Below are positions 29,771 through 41,854 of a stretch of DNA of 64,000 bases, one piece after another. This stretch comes from a virus (Duplodnaviria > Caudoviricetes): positions 61,957-125,956 of the IMG/VR virus record IMGVR_UViG_650627111_000001; one strand, given 5' to 3'. Made by a program: the position numbers and the translations under genes. Each line of letters starts with the position of its first letter. Position 1 is the stretch's first letter. The notes under the pieces are model-generated. The model saw only the letters and a list, made by a program, of their open reading frames with translations. It made no database searches and was not told where the DNA came from.

Positions 29771-30480
29771 TGATGAACAAGAAAGCGATCTTTATCTCAG
29801 CTCAACAACCCCGATCAGGTAAGGATTTATCTGCAAAATATCTGCAATCATTTTTCACAGATTTAGGATACAATTGTGAGATTCACGCTTTCAAGGATAA
29901 GTTGATTCAAGTTGCATGTGATATTTTAAATATCAGTGTTGATGAATTTTTAGACGGTTATGATGAAACCTCTGAGGATTATCTATCACGATTCACGAAA
30001 CAAGAACAATTGACACGTTTTGATATCGTCACATTGCTGAATTCCGTACAGAATAAATGGTGGAAGGATGTTCGACTCTACAATGTAAACGGGAGGTTTT
30101 ACTCAAAACGTGAGTGGATTATTCACGTTAGTGAGAATATCTTCAAACCACATTGTGGCAAGGATTATTTCGGCCAAGCTGCTGCAAACCATATTGACAA
30201 CCAAGATATCATCCTGTACAGTGACTCAGGTTTCGCACACGAAGCTTTCCCTGTGATTGAAAAAGTGGGGAAAGATAATTGCTTAGTTGTGCAATTGATT
30301 CGTGAAGGTTATAATAGTGGTATTAAGGATAGTCGTAAGCTACTTGAGCCGGAAGATTTCCCTGAACATTTACGGCCACAGTTTGTGCAAGTGAGTAATC
30401 CTAATTGCCCAGAATGGCAAGAAGTTTTGGAACGTAAGTTACGTCTGAAAGTTGCAAATAAGGTTTTGGAGGGTATGTGA
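29770..30480 (+). CDS. dNMP kinase-like P-loop protein
   Basis: PRSGKD P-loop, AFKDKL, SDSGFAHE. Confidence 0.7.
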   Translation: MMNKKAIFISAQQPRSGKDLSAKYLQSFFTDLGYNCEIHAFKDKLIQVACDILNISVDEFLDGYDETSEDYLSRFTKQEQLTRFDIVTLLNSVQNKWWKDVRLYNVNGRFYSKREWIIHVSENIFKPHCGKDYFGQAAANHIDNQDIILYSDSGFAHEAFPVIEKVGKDNCLVVQLIREGYNSGIKDSRKLLEPEDFPEHLRPQFVQVSNPNCPEWQEVLERKLRLKVANKVLEGM

Positions 30481-31088
30481 AAAAGAAGATTGCTATCGAT
30501 ATCGATCTAGTTTGTACGAAAGACCTTGGAATTGATTGGTACGAATATTTAGTATCTAATCACGGAGATTATTTTTATGATGAAAGTTATGAACGTTTCT
30601 GTAAGGATGTAGAGAATAATCAAGTTGATTACAATATTGCAAAATACTTCGACCTACCTTGGTGGGTATATTCAATGGCATTCTGGAAGCAAGAGGATTT
30701 ATACGACAAAGAAGTTCTTGCGGAAAGCTGTTATGATGTTGTGAAGAATTTATGGCAAGCGGGATTTGAGATTTATTTCTTATCCCATACAACATTTGAA
30801 CATATTCACAGTAAATACCGATTCTTGCAACGTAATTTTGACTTTCTGTATGAAAGTGGTGATTTACATTTTGTTGCAAGCAAAAGTAAGTGCTGTATGG
30901 GTGGGAGCGCCGCCATTATTATCGATGACCGTATCAGCAATCTAAATATGTTCAAACATGTTGACACACTGAGAATTTTATACGATACTCCTTATAGGCA
31001 AGATGTTGTAAGCACAGAGGAATATGTTGTTGCAAAATCTTGGGTTGATATTGAAGATATTATTTGTAAATGGATGGAGGAAGAATAA
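30477..31088 (+). CDS. HAD-family 5'(3')-deoxyribonucleotidase-like protein
   Basis: IAIDIDLV, IYFLS, IIIDD motifs. Confidence 0.75.
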   Translation: MKKKIAIDIDLVCTKDLGIDWYEYLVSNHGDYFYDESYERFCKDVENNQVDYNIAKYFDLPWWVYSMAFWKQEDLYDKEVLAESCYDVVKNLWQAGFEIYFLSHTTFEHIHSKYRFLQRNFDFLYESGDLHFVASKSKCCMGGSAAIIIDDRISNLNMFKHVDTLRILYDTPYRQDVVSTEEYVVAKSWVDIEDIICKWMEEE

Positions 31089-31799
31089 TTGAATAAGAAA
31101 GAATTTACGATTGAAGATGTACTCTACATGTATGACACTGTGGAGAAGTGGAACATTTATTGTGGTAACTTGACATCAGATAAAAGTTTGATTCCAATGT
31201 ATCACGGATTATCTAAAGCTGAATTTTACGGGAAAGGTGAATTTCTTGAAGGTTATAACTCTGGTGATTTAGTAATGCAGCTTGACGGATTGGGTGATTT
31301 ATCTTATACAGTGTTTGAGTGGGATATGTTGCAACTAGGTAAGATGTATACACCTCGTAAAATTAACAAGATACCTTTTTACATTTTGGATGGTTGGACT
31401 AAGGATTTATTTAAGTTAGTTAAGCGATTAGACCATTCGATCAATCTAGAGTACAGTGAATATGCTGCTGCAGATTTAATCTCTTTATTGACATGTTACT
31501 CAGATGTTGCAGATATTCGTGGAGTTTTCGATGCGGTCACTGCCTCTAATTATTCGAAAATACCTCTGGTGAGTGAAGTCGTGGATGAAAGTCATACTCT
31601 TGATAATGAAGTTAAACGTATCGAAGCACAAGGTCGTTATGTGCAAGTTGATTATAAACTTCTTGACAGTGATGATGGTCAACGTGTAATATTCACAGCG
31701 ATGGAAGATTTGCAAGATGGTGTGGTATTTAGTAAACCAAAGATCATCAAGAGTCGTGCTTTCAAGGAAGTTTGTGATTTGAGTCAATTTATTTATTAA
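31089..31799 (+). CDS. MazG-like NTP pyrophosphohydrolase
   Basis: LDGLGDLSY, VTASNYSK, KIIKS motifs. Confidence 0.65.
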   Translation: MNKKEFTIEDVLYMYDTVEKWNIYCGNLTSDKSLIPMYHGLSKAEFYGKGEFLEGYNSGDLVMQLDGLGDLSYTVFEWDMLQLGKMYTPRKINKIPFYILDGWTKDLFKLVKRLDHSINLEYSEYAAADLISLLTCYSDVADIRGVFDAVTASNYSKIPLVSEVVDESHTLDNEVKRIEAQGRYVQVDYKLLDSDDGQRVIFTAMEDLQDGVVFSKPKIIKSRAFKEVCDLSQFIY

Positions 31800-31880
31800 A
31801 CGTAAAATAATCGTTGACATCACCTATCAACATGGTAATATGAATTATGCACAATGTCGTGCAGGATAAAGGAGAAATAA

Positions 31881-32738
31881 ATGAAAGCTGTATCACTATA
31901 TAAACTAACTAACACCCAACAAACACTAGCATCTATCACAGAAGAAGCTATCTCTCAGTTTAGCTTTAAACCTTGTGGTAGTACGGATACACACCGAATC
32001 GGTTTCTCCGAAACAGAGATTGATTCCCTGTTTGTGACACAACTCCCGAATAAGATTGTTCTTTCTGTGACAGAGCAATATAAGAAGCCGAAGAAATATT
32101 CTGTGCAGACATTGGTTGAGCAACAGAAGATTATCTTTGAAGCAGATAGTGGTGTTCCTGCAAATAAGAAATTGATTAAACAATGGACACTCGAAGCTAC
32201 AGAATCGTTACTTCCTACAACAGAACCTGACGAACCGAAAACTTATACAGTTGTTATCCGCAATGACGGTCTTGTGATGGTAGAAGCTTCGTATAAGAAA
32301 GCAGAAGATATTCTTTCGCTTCTACGTAAAACAATCGGTTCATTACCAGTAGTTCCTGTTGAGACTGAAATTCCTGTTGGTGATTTCCTTGATTCATTAG
32401 TGACAGCAAAATCCTCTGATAAGATTACTCTTGGTAACAAAGGTGTATTCTTGACCTCAGAAGGTTTATCACATACACTTGCCAAAGGTAGTCTCTATGA
32501 TTCATCAGCAAAAGAGTTGGTTGAAGATGAGGGTGCAATGACATCACTACTATCGGTGAATTATGATGGTGTAGTTGATTTCACCATCAAAGATGATTTA
32601 AGTTTGAGTGGTATCAAATTCGACAAAGAGGTATTCATTGAAGTTGAGAAAGACGATGTCGCAAGTACAACTATCTTGAAGTTGAATGAAATTGATAAGA
32701 TTGTCGATGATATTCTTGGTCGTGTGAAGGTTAAGTAG
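31881..32738 (+). CDS. rdgC: RdgC-like recombination-associated protein
   Basis: FKPCGS..IGF, ASYKKAEDILSLLRKTIGSLPVVP. Confidence 0.85.
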   Translation: MKAVSLYKLTNTQQTLASITEEAISQFSFKPCGSTDTHRIGFSETEIDSLFVTQLPNKIVLSVTEQYKKPKKYSVQTLVEQQKIIFEADSGVPANKKLIKQWTLEATESLLPTTEPDEPKTYTVVIRNDGLVMVEASYKKAEDILSLLRKTIGSLPVVPVETEIPVGDFLDSLVTAKSSDKITLGNKGVFLTSEGLSHTLAKGSLYDSSAKELVEDEGAMTSLLSVNYDGVVDFTIKDDLSLSGIKFDKEVFIEVEKDDVASTTILKLNEIDKIVDDILGRVKVK

Positions 32739-32779
32739 AAAATCTTACTCCCTTTAAGTAGATTCTTACTGGGAGTAAG

Positions 32780-34048
32780 GTGTCAGGGTATAATATGATT
32801 CCAGAGAATGAATGGACGAAAGGAATGCGTCAATTTGTTGGGGAAACCTTTAAAACGCCGAAAGAAGGTGTTCTAAAGGTGACGGGTGTTGTTGGTAGGT
32901 GTGGTTATAACGCAATATTCAGCTTAGAGTGCAGTGTGTGCTCTTTAGATAAAGAGTTGTTTACTGATGGGTTTACTAGTCTTAAAAGTGATCTTGTGAG
33001 AGGCCAAGTACCTTGTGGTTGTTCTAAAAATCCTAAATGGTCGCCACAACAAGATTTGATTCTAACAAATAGATTACTTTCTGAAAAGATACCACACCTC
33101 AAAGCTGTTGATTCGATAAAAGAGAAAGGTAAACCACGTGAGTTTATTCTAGAGTGTGAAATCTGTTCTAAAGATAAAGAGTTGTGGCCTTATGGTAGTA
33201 TTACAGGTGTGAAGGGTAATCTTGTAAAAGATTCTGTTCCTTGTGGCTGCACCAAGTCCCCTAAGTGGACACAATCCCAATATGAATTATTAATCAAACG
33301 TAAATGTGAAGAAAAGGGTTATGTCTTTCGAGGGTTTATTGGTAATTGGAAGGGTACCGATACATACCTACGTCTGCATAACCCCCAAAATGGTAATGTT
33401 TGGGAATCTTCTACTATTAGCAATTTCCTTAATAATGGGCATGGTTGCCCATTAGAAGCAAAGGTAAAGCGTTGGACTGCACAAGAGCGTGAAGAGCAAA
33501 TCAAAGATGTGTTTGCTGTAGAAGGTGGTGAGTTCATCGGTTGGAAGGAGGTCTATAAAAACAGTGATTCAAAATTCCAATGGTTGTGTGGTGAAAATCA
33601 TCTGTGCGAAACTGGCGTAGTTCACTTTCTGAGTCTTGGTACCCGTTGTGGTACTTGTGCCAGAATAAAACAACGTGAGGATGGTGTGTTTTATGGGTAC
33701 TACCCTAAGCGTTCAGATGAACAAGATTACCTATATATCATCCACTTCAGAAAGGGTAACTATATTAAAGTGGGACGTAGTTTTGATGTTGAGAAACGAT
33801 TGAAAGGTAGTAATGGTTTACTCAAAACTTCAAACCATAAACGTAACGAGGTTGAAGTGTTAGCGGTGTATACTGGTATTCACCAAGATGTTTATGATAC
33901 AGAACAATGGATTCATGAAGAGTTAACCGAAAGAGGCTTCTATCATAACGAAAGTGATTGGTCTGTAGAGACGTTTTATCCTGATTGTAAGGATTTAATA
34001 TTCTATCTGTTAAATAATTCAAATTTAGTTAAAGAGGAGGAGAGATAA
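32780..34048 (+). CDS. T5orf172-like homing endonuclease with duplicated Cys-rich module
   Basis: Two CxxCSxDKEL..VPCGCxKxPKW units; [22 protein letters not shown]. Confidence 0.85.
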   Translation: MSGYNMIPENEWTKGMRQFVGETFKTPKEGVLKVTGVVGRCGYNAIFSLECSVCSLDKELFTDGFTSLKSDLVRGQVPCGCSKNPKWSPQQDLILTNRLLSEKIPHLKAVDSIKEKGKPREFILECEICSKDKELWPYGSITGVKGNLVKDSVPCGCTKSPKWTQSQYELLIKRKCEEKGYVFRGFIGNWKGTDTYLRLHNPQNGNVWESSTISNFLNNGHGCPLEAKVKRWTAQEREEQIKDVFAVEGGEFIGWKEVYKNSDSKFQWLCGENHLCETGVVHFLSLGTRCGTCARIKQREDGVFYGYYPKRSDEQDYLYIIHFRKGNYIKVGRSFDVEKRLKGSNGLLKTSNHKRNEVEVLAVYTGIHQDVYDTEQWIHEELTERGFYHNESDWSVETFYPDCKDLIFYLLNNSNLVKEEER

Positions 34049-34214
34049 ATGTTACAGAATGAAGACTTCTTCTCAGAAGCGTGTTTGCTTCTGAAGGAGA
34101 TTCATACCTTCGAAAGTATTAAGCACTATTGCACGGAATCTAGTGTTTGGTGTAATGAGCAAATTAAGCTTCGAAGAGATTTATTGCAACAATTGGTGAA
34201 TGAGGTGAAAGATA

Positions 34215-35774
34215 GTGAATATTGATTATAGTAATGCTTTCAGCAAAAAGCTTGTAACCACGGAGAATGAGAATAAGCATGATGTTGGTGAAAAGCGTGA
34301 AAACGTCTTTATCCGAGATGAAAGTGATAACCCTTTATTTCGTGAAATTCAGGTTGATGACATTTCAAAACTAATCCGACCAGAAACAGTATTTTACGCA
34401 GATTTTGATATGCCAGTGTACCAAATTGCCTCTAACCTAGAAGAGAAGCGTATTAAAGCTACATGTAAATCAGACCCAAGTATTGTTATTGATTGCAAAG
34501 GTGTACGTGAATTTAAAGGTTTGGGAAAGAAAATCGCAGACAGTAGTGAATTGGGAGTTTTGAATTTAAAACGTTCTGTCGAAGGGCTACAACCACTATC
34601 TGCAGATGACTTTGATATTATCCAGTATCAAAATCTGAATATGAATGAAGATAAAGCTTTTGAAACAGCTAAGATTCAAGTTTATAAGAAATTGAAAGAA
34701 TACCGTCTACAGTATAACATCCCAAAAGTTATCCCTGTTCTTGGTGAGGGTGAATCATTCCGAGAGAGTTATCCAACTTGCCGTCGTTACAAAGGTAATA
34801 GACAAGAAACATTACGTCCGTTGCTTTTGAAAAAACTTCGTCAGTGGGTTATAAACGATCTTGGTGGGATCATGACTACTGACACTCACAATGGTAAGCT
34901 TGTAGAGTGTGACGATAAGGTTGAGATGTTTGCTGCACAAGGATATCAACATTACCGTAAACATGGTTGGTTCAATATTGGGATTATCAGTGGGGACAAG
35001 GACTCTTTGAATTCTCCTAAGCTGATTATCAACGCCGACCGATACCATGGTAGTGATAAAAGTAAACAAGGGAAATTACGTTTCCCGAAACCCATGTTGA
35101 TTGAAGCAACAGACCGTTGTTGTGGTGATTTAGAGTTAATTTCTAAGACTGATTCTAAAAGTAACACCTCTCAAGAGGTTAAGGGTTATGGATTTAAATT
35201 CTTGATGTTCCAAGCCTTCCTAGGTCTTGATTCTGCTGATAACTATGATGCATTAAGTCATCTAGGGAAAGATATTGGTTTCGGTGTAAGTAGTGCATAT
35301 AAGGTATTGAAACCATGTGAGACAGCACAAGAATGTTTACAGGCATGTATTGATGTATTTGCCGAGAAACTTCCTTATGGTGTTCAATACACAGACCACA
35401 TGGGCGTAGATCACGATATAGATACTGCTACGTATATGGATATTTACTTTAAGGTTGCCTACATGCTACGTAGTGTGAATGACACGATGGATTTCTATAA
35501 ACTTTGTGAAGCATTCAAAGTGGACACAAGCAAAATCATCGACAACAACAAACTTTCTCCGCCACAACGCACATTCGCACCAAAAGAAGAAACTTTGCTT
35601 GAGATTAAATCTCTTATTGAAACTATCGTTTCAGAAGATATGAAAGGTTTCAAGCAACTTAAATCTACTGAGAAGAATGATGTGTTTGATGTAATCAAGG
35701 GTAAACTAGAAGGGATTGATTGGGAAAGTTTCTATGAGATGCAGCAATCTGAGAAAGGAGATTTAAATGGCTAA
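34215..35774 (+). CDS. 5'-3' exonuclease (T7 gp6/T5 D15-like)
   Basis: ADFD, YKGNR..RP, ECDD, SGDKD, DSADNY. Confidence 0.8.
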   Translation: MNIDYSNAFSKKLVTTENENKHDVGEKRENVFIRDESDNPLFREIQVDDISKLIRPETVFYADFDMPVYQIASNLEEKRIKATCKSDPSIVIDCKGVREFKGLGKKIADSSELGVLNLKRSVEGLQPLSADDFDIIQYQNLNMNEDKAFETAKIQVYKKLKEYRLQYNIPKVIPVLGEGESFRESYPTCRRYKGNRQETLRPLLLKKLRQWVINDLGGIMTTDTHNGKLVECDDKVEMFAAQGYQHYRKHGWFNIGIISGDKDSLNSPKLIINADRYHGSDKSKQGKLRFPKPMLIEATDRCCGDLELISKTDSKSNTSQEVKGYGFKFLMFQAFLGLDSADNYDALSHLGKDIGFGVSSAYKVLKPCETAQECLQACIDVFAEKLPYGVQYTDHMGVDHDIDTATYMDIYFKVAYMLRSVNDTMDFYKLCEAFKVDTSKIIDNNKLSPPQRTFAPKEETLLEIKSLIETIVSEDMKGFKQLKSTEKNDVFDVIKGKLEGIDWESFYEMQQSEKGDLNG

Positions 35775-36535
35775 GAAACTAAATCAAATAAAACACAGAC
35801 CTTATCTTAATAAACTATCTACCTTTATGGAATGTTCACCATACGTGAGGTTGAAAGATTTCCCCTATGAGGAATTATCTGGTGACGAAATACTCTTGTG
35901 CAGTGAGTCACGAGGTAACAGGTTTGTATCACATAAAGTATTGACACGTTACGTAAAACCAGAATATGTGTTAAATGGGGAATACCTCATGACCATTATT
36001 TGCATATCTGATACTGAATGGTATAAGATTGACGTTAAGAAATTACATAAATTACTGGTGGAGTCACAACCATTGAACAAAATCAAACTATATTGCGCAA
36101 ATGGATTATTCTTTTGGGAAGAAGGTGATAATCTTAAAGTAAGAACAATCTCTGATGTGAAGGATGAATCGAACCTGTATGACACTCTTATCCCGAAAGA
36201 TACAACTTTGGATGTAGACTTCTGTGACCAGAGTTTGTATGGCACATTTATGGTTGTGTGTTATGATGGGAAATCCTTTTGGATTAAACCTAAGTATGTG
36301 GAGGTTTTATGTTAAGTGACCTAGAAGATTTTCTACTCTTACGGAGTAAGGAAGAGTATGATTACAAATGGGCGATTGAGTTTGAAAGCTGGGATCGTGG
36401 GGACTGTTCATATCACCACCTGTTGACTGTAGTCTTGATGCGTGAGTTTGAATTGAGTAATAGTGGTATTTTTGGTACACGAGATGATGTTAAAGATTCG
36501 ATTCGTCAGTTACAAGAATTTGTGGAGACGGTGAA

Positions 36536-37201
36536 ATGAAACGTAGCGGCTTCCGAAAGAGTAACAAACCTAAACGTGACCGTACAGCACCACATAATAT
36601 TGCTGACCAGTTTGAACGTGAGAAGCATCAGAAAGAGTTGGAGAAATTTCTAAAGCAACTTAACCCTGACGGTACACCAAAAAAGCTTCTAACAAAATCT
36701 GCTTTGATGTCTATTATTCGTGGTGCCATCCGTGAGAAGTGTTGGATGTATGCCCCTAATAAACTTGCATTTGAAAACATGAGCACTATACCTGACGAAG
36801 ATGTTGATAGTCGTCGCAGATGGAAACGTCAATGTGAAGATTGTGGTCAGTGGTTCAATAAGAGTGAAGTCCAGACGGATCATCGGAAAGGTGAACATAG
36901 TCTGAAAGATTTTGATGAGATTTGGGATTTTTACTTATCAATCAACAATGTTGGATTCGATGGAATGAGTAGTCTATGTGAGGAATGTCACTCAATCAAA
37001 ACCATGATGGAGCGATACAACTACACCCGCGAGGAAGCTTTAATCTTGAAGAAGGTGACAGCTTGGGAGAAGGAATATAAAACTGCTGGAAAGCAGAAAG
37101 ATTGGTTGTTGAAGAAAGGTTTCTCTGAAGAGGAGGTATCTAACCCTGAGAAGAGACGTCAATCTATTTGGAAATACTTTCAATCACAGGAGAATAAATA
37201 A
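36536..37201 (+). CDS. HNH endonuclease
   Basis: CEDC..VQTDH..LCEECHSIKT. Confidence 0.75.
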   Translation: MKRSGFRKSNKPKRDRTAPHNIADQFEREKHQKELEKFLKQLNPDGTPKKLLTKSALMSIIRGAIREKCWMYAPNKLAFENMSTIPDEDVDSRRRWKRQCEDCGQWFNKSEVQTDHRKGEHSLKDFDEIWDFYLSINNVGFDGMSSLCEECHSIKTMMERYNYTREEALILKKVTAWEKEYKTAGKQKDWLLKKGFSEEEVSNPEKRRQSIWKYFQSQENK

Positions 37202-39894
37202 TGAACCGCAATATCGCAATTAAACTCTTGTCTGCACAAGAAGTATATGATACACTCTGTCGAAGTGGTAATCTCTACGATGAGGAGAATGATCGCTATT
37301 ATACAATCTATGACATCCTTCATGCTTTAGACGTGCATGAGAATGAAATTGATTATGTGCAAAAGTTTAGTTTTGATGAGTTGAAATAAACCTTGACATA
37401 ACACAAGGATGTGTTATGATTGAGTTATATTTTGAGGAGGAAACCTTATGAATAAACTTAAACGTCTTTGGAAGCGATTACTTTGCAAGCACGAAAATTA
37501 TGTGCATTCGCATAATGATCATTTCCACATTATGACCTGCCCTGATTGTGGTCATGTCCATCTCGAAAGGAAGGTACGATAGGAGGTTTTATGTTATTGT
37601 CAGAATTACCATACTGTAATTATGGTGTCACTTTCTACAAACGAAGAGATAGTAAGTCAGAAAGTGGAGCAAACGTACCATTTATTAAACCATCGGAAAT
37701 CAAGGATCATTTCTTGGTTGGCGTGTTATCTCGCACATACCAGAATTACACACCAGATATTGCATTAGATAGTTATTGTTATTGGTCGGATGTAAAATCG
37801 TGCAAAGTTAAATTATCATACCCTGAAGGTGGTTCAGCCAATATCCTTATCATGGATACAGATGTCGGTGTAAATTTTACAGCTAGGCTCATTCAAAGTT
37901 GTACTATTGGAGACTTATGTCAATGGGAAAGTTTTGAAATTGACACAAACTATACCGGAGATATTAATGTTATCATAGGTGAGTGAGGTGCGATAATGTC
38001 TGAGAATAATCTACGCAAACGTGATAAATTCAAACTTAAAGATAGTGAAACATTTTGTACATCGTGTGGTACACTAACACCTAAAGTTTTATATTCACAC
38101 CACGAAGAGTGTTGTAACCATAAGTCTAAAGTAGATTGTGATGATCAAGAAGCTTATAAGTTAAAATGTTTAGGTACAGAAGAGTAGCGGTCTAAAAGAA
38201 TGAGTATCAAACTTGAAAATGGTCAGTTGAAAATCTCTATAGGGTTAGGTATCTTAGCACATGCTGTGCAATACGGAGATTCTTGGCCTGAAGAAGTAAA
38301 AATTTCAGATTTGTATGAATTTGGTTCCGACATGGTTAGTATCATTGGTAATGATGATAACACCTCTTCAAATATTTACCATATGTTAGATATGGCAGCT
38401 TTAGAAGCTGTTGAACGGGGTAGTTTAGGATTTGATTTAGGAGAATAATTTATGGGTTGGGGATATGGTGTATTAGGTAATGGTAAAGAAATTGGTTATT
38501 GTGTTGAAGCTGTATGTGAGCACGAAGGTTGCGGTAAGAAAATTGACCGTGGATTAAGTTATGCATGTGGGGGTATGCACGGTCAAGATGAATACTCTTG
38601 TGAAGGATATTTCTGCGAAGAACATTGTCAAAACTACCTCTTAACTTTTGAAGGTAACTTTATTAAGGTTTGTGATAAATGTAAAGATATTCTTCTTGAA
38701 GATGGGGAGATGTTTTACGATGAGAACGAGGATTGTCTATTTCACAAAGATGACTTAGGAGAAAGTTAATGTCACAACGGGAGAATAAATATTGGCTTGG
38801 TGAAAACCAGAAAGTCTTTCGTGGATACCCAATTGTGTGCTATTGTAAGCATTGTGCAAGTGAAGCTATCGAGATTCGTGAATACGAATCAGGAAGTTAC
38901 AATTACGACACAAATTACTATTGCACATGCGAATCTTCACAAAAGGTGGACACTCTTCGCAAGGAAGTATATACTCTCGAACATAAATTAGCTTCTATCA
39001 AGAAATCATTCGATGATGCAATCATGGTAGAAGCTGATCAATATGTTCTTGAGCGACAAGAACGTGAACTGAGTGAAGTGTGTAAGCGAAATGGAATTGC
39101 TATTAGCAAAGAGCAGCTTCGTAAGATTTTTAATTTAGGAGAGGAGTGAATATTGAAAACAAATAAACAAATCGCAGAAGAGAAATTCTCTGTCACAGAA
39201 CGTAACCCTGTTGACGGATGTGTTCGAATCATTGATAATGATACAGGCAAGTATGTTGGAATTAAGGGTAAAATCTTCAAGGCGAAAAGTTTAACCAAAG
39301 TTGCAGAAGTGTTATTTCGTTTGCGATATGGTTATGAAATGCAATTGAATCTGGCGAAGAAAGAAGAGTAATATGAAAGCTATTTATGAATTTTATTGGG
39401 ATTGCCGTCGTCAAGGTAGCGTGCAAGGGTTGTTTATTGCAGAAAAATCTGAGGTGGAGAAAGCTATTGGCTCTAATGTTTATTTTGGGGAAATCCTAGG
39501 TAAACATAGTGAAGTTTACGGGACTTTAGATGAAGACGATTTGACCATCAAAACAGAAGACCAAGATTTTATTCAGAAGTTTGAAGAGTTGATAGGTATT
39601 ACAGATACAATTTCAGGTTATAACCCTTTACATTATATTGAAGAGTTGGATGAGGAATAAATGTACGAAGATGTTCCACATGTTGAATTTAAAGGTTATC
39701 GTATTTACCACCCAGAAGGAAAATTAGCACTATTGAAAACTGAGGAATACTGGACACCGAGTAAAATTCAACGTACATTGAAATGTGGTTATGCACCAGC
39801 AATGCTTCTTATTGAATACGCACAATCTTTAGGTGTGTTGGACTTGGAAGAAGATAGTTACGGTAGATTTAAAGTTTTGGTTGAAGGAGAATAA
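37201..39894 (+). CDS. Cluster of small hypothetical proteins, several Cys-rich
   Basis: About ten tightly packed ORFs with RBSs; promoter at 37393. Confidence 0.55.
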
Positions 39895-39896
39895 TT

Positions 39897-40910
39897 TTGG
39901 GTCATAAACGTTTACCAGAAGATAAAGTGATTGCAATCTTAAAAGGATTGTTTGTAGAAAACAAAGGTTGCACACAACTAGCACTGGAAGTGCTGGGACG
40001 TAAATCTCGTGAGAGTAGTATTCGCCATATTAAGAATGTGTATGAGAAGCACGGTAATTATTTTGGTGTGAGTTTGGATGGTGTTGATGTTAAAATTAAG
40101 CCAAAGCAAAAATGTAAGTATCCGCACCCGAAAGTGTTACTAATTGACCTAGAGACAGCTCCATGCAAAATGTATGGTTGGAGTTTATGGAACCAGAACT
40201 TCGGTTTGAATCAGATTGAAAGTGAATGGTTTATTCTAAGCTATTGTGCTAAATGGCTTGGTAGCGACGACGTAATTTACAATGATTTGAAAGGTAAGGT
40301 TGACACAGAAGATGATTATCAGTTACTATCTGAGTTGTGGGAACTCATGAATCAAGCAGATATTGTTGTAGGACAAAATCACCGTCGCTTTGATATTAAG
40401 AGGCTGAACGCACGTTTGATAATGAATGGTTTCCGACCCTATTCACCAGTCAAAACAGAAGATACTCTTGATATCGCAAAACGTAAGTTTGGGTTCACAT
40501 CTAACAAGCTTGAGTGGATGACAGATAAACTTTGTGTTGAGTTTAAGAAACAAAAGCATGGTCAATTTGCAGGTTTCGAACTTTGGAAACAATGCTTACT
40601 TGAAAATGAAGATGCTTGGAACGAGATGAAAATCTACAATATTTTTGATGTGCTTTCCCTTGAAGAGTTGTGGCTGAAACTACGAGCTTGGGATGATCGA
40701 AGTGTTAACTATGCTCTTTACTTGGATGACACCAATATTCGATGCACATGTGGTTCGACACACTTAGTTAAGGATGGTTTTGCTTATACAAGCTTAAGTA
40801 AGTTCCAGCAATACCGTTGTGAAGATTGTAATAGTTTCATTCGTGGACGAGTAAACCTATTCTCTAAAGAGAAGCGTACAAGCCTATTAATGAATGTTAC
40901 CAACCGATAA
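39897..40910 (+). CDS. DEDD 3'-5' exonuclease (RNase H-like) with C-terminal zinc ribbon
   Basis: IDLET, NHRRFD, DTL, YNIFDV, CTCG..CEDC. Confidence 0.8.
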   Translation: MGHKRLPEDKVIAILKGLFVENKGCTQLALEVLGRKSRESSIRHIKNVYEKHGNYFGVSLDGVDVKIKPKQKCKYPHPKVLLIDLETAPCKMYGWSLWNQNFGLNQIESEWFILSYCAKWLGSDDVIYNDLKGKVDTEDDYQLLSELWELMNQADIVVGQNHRRFDIKRLNARLIMNGFRPYSPVKTEDTLDIAKRKFGFTSNKLEWMTDKLCVEFKKQKHGQFAGFELWKQCLLENEDAWNEMKIYNIFDVLSLEELWLKLRAWDDRSVNYALYLDDTNIRCTCGSTHLVKDGFAYTSLSKFQQYRCEDCNSFIRGRVNLFSKEKRTSLLMNVTNR

Positions 40911-41854
40911 GGACAACATAATGAATAAAGAAACAAAAGAGTACCTACTTTCACTATTCGTGAAGCATTGCAATGGACGTGTCCCCACGTCAGGAGAATC
41001 CTTCTGGCAAACTGATGAGTTCTTGTTGCAAAATGGTGTAATCTTGGATGAGCTATGCCAAGCTTTGAATTTGTATGAAGAGGAGGAATAATCATGTTAC
41101 ACTTGTAGTTTATAAAAATGGTAATCGTTCTGAGAAAGAGAAACTTTATGGGGTAGAAGGTGTCCACTATATTAACACTTCTCATCAAGAGGTTTACGAA
41201 GCTCTCGGAATGTATTATACTAACATTATCGTAGAGGATGGTGTTAGTGAAGAAGAGAAGGACTTCTGTATGAAACGTTTAGTTTCAAAGTAAGATTTAG
41301 TCAACAGCAGCAACTTCACAGGTAAAGTAGAAGACCTGTGGTTTTACAAATTAAATAATAAAGGAGATACAAATATGAGCACATTTACAAACTTTACAAA
41401 TATTAAATTCGACACATCTTGGATGAGTAAGCGTGGTAGCAGCAGTCGTGACTTAGGTTATACAGGTGTTAGTGTTGTCCCAGTCGAACCTATTGGTGAT
41501 TCTGTACGTTGCTCTGATACCAAAGGTTTCATGGAAATCCCGATTTCCCAAGTTAAAGATATTCAGGAATTGGCAAAAGGTTTCTTACTAGGCGCACTAT
41601 TCCAGCAAGGGTTGAAGATTGATGATGTTGTATTCTATCCTTGTCCAACTATTGAACTCGCTAATCAGAAAGGTGAACCTGTTTATATTCATGTAACAGA
41701 AAATACATTCCAACTTGAAACTTGGTTCCAAAAGAAGGATGTGTATTTTGAGAAGTTAGAACAATTTGGAAAAGTAGATCAATAATTAAATGAATATTTC
41801 ACCTCCATCAATTTCGGTGGAGGTATTTTGGGTAAAATATAATAAGGAGAAAAT

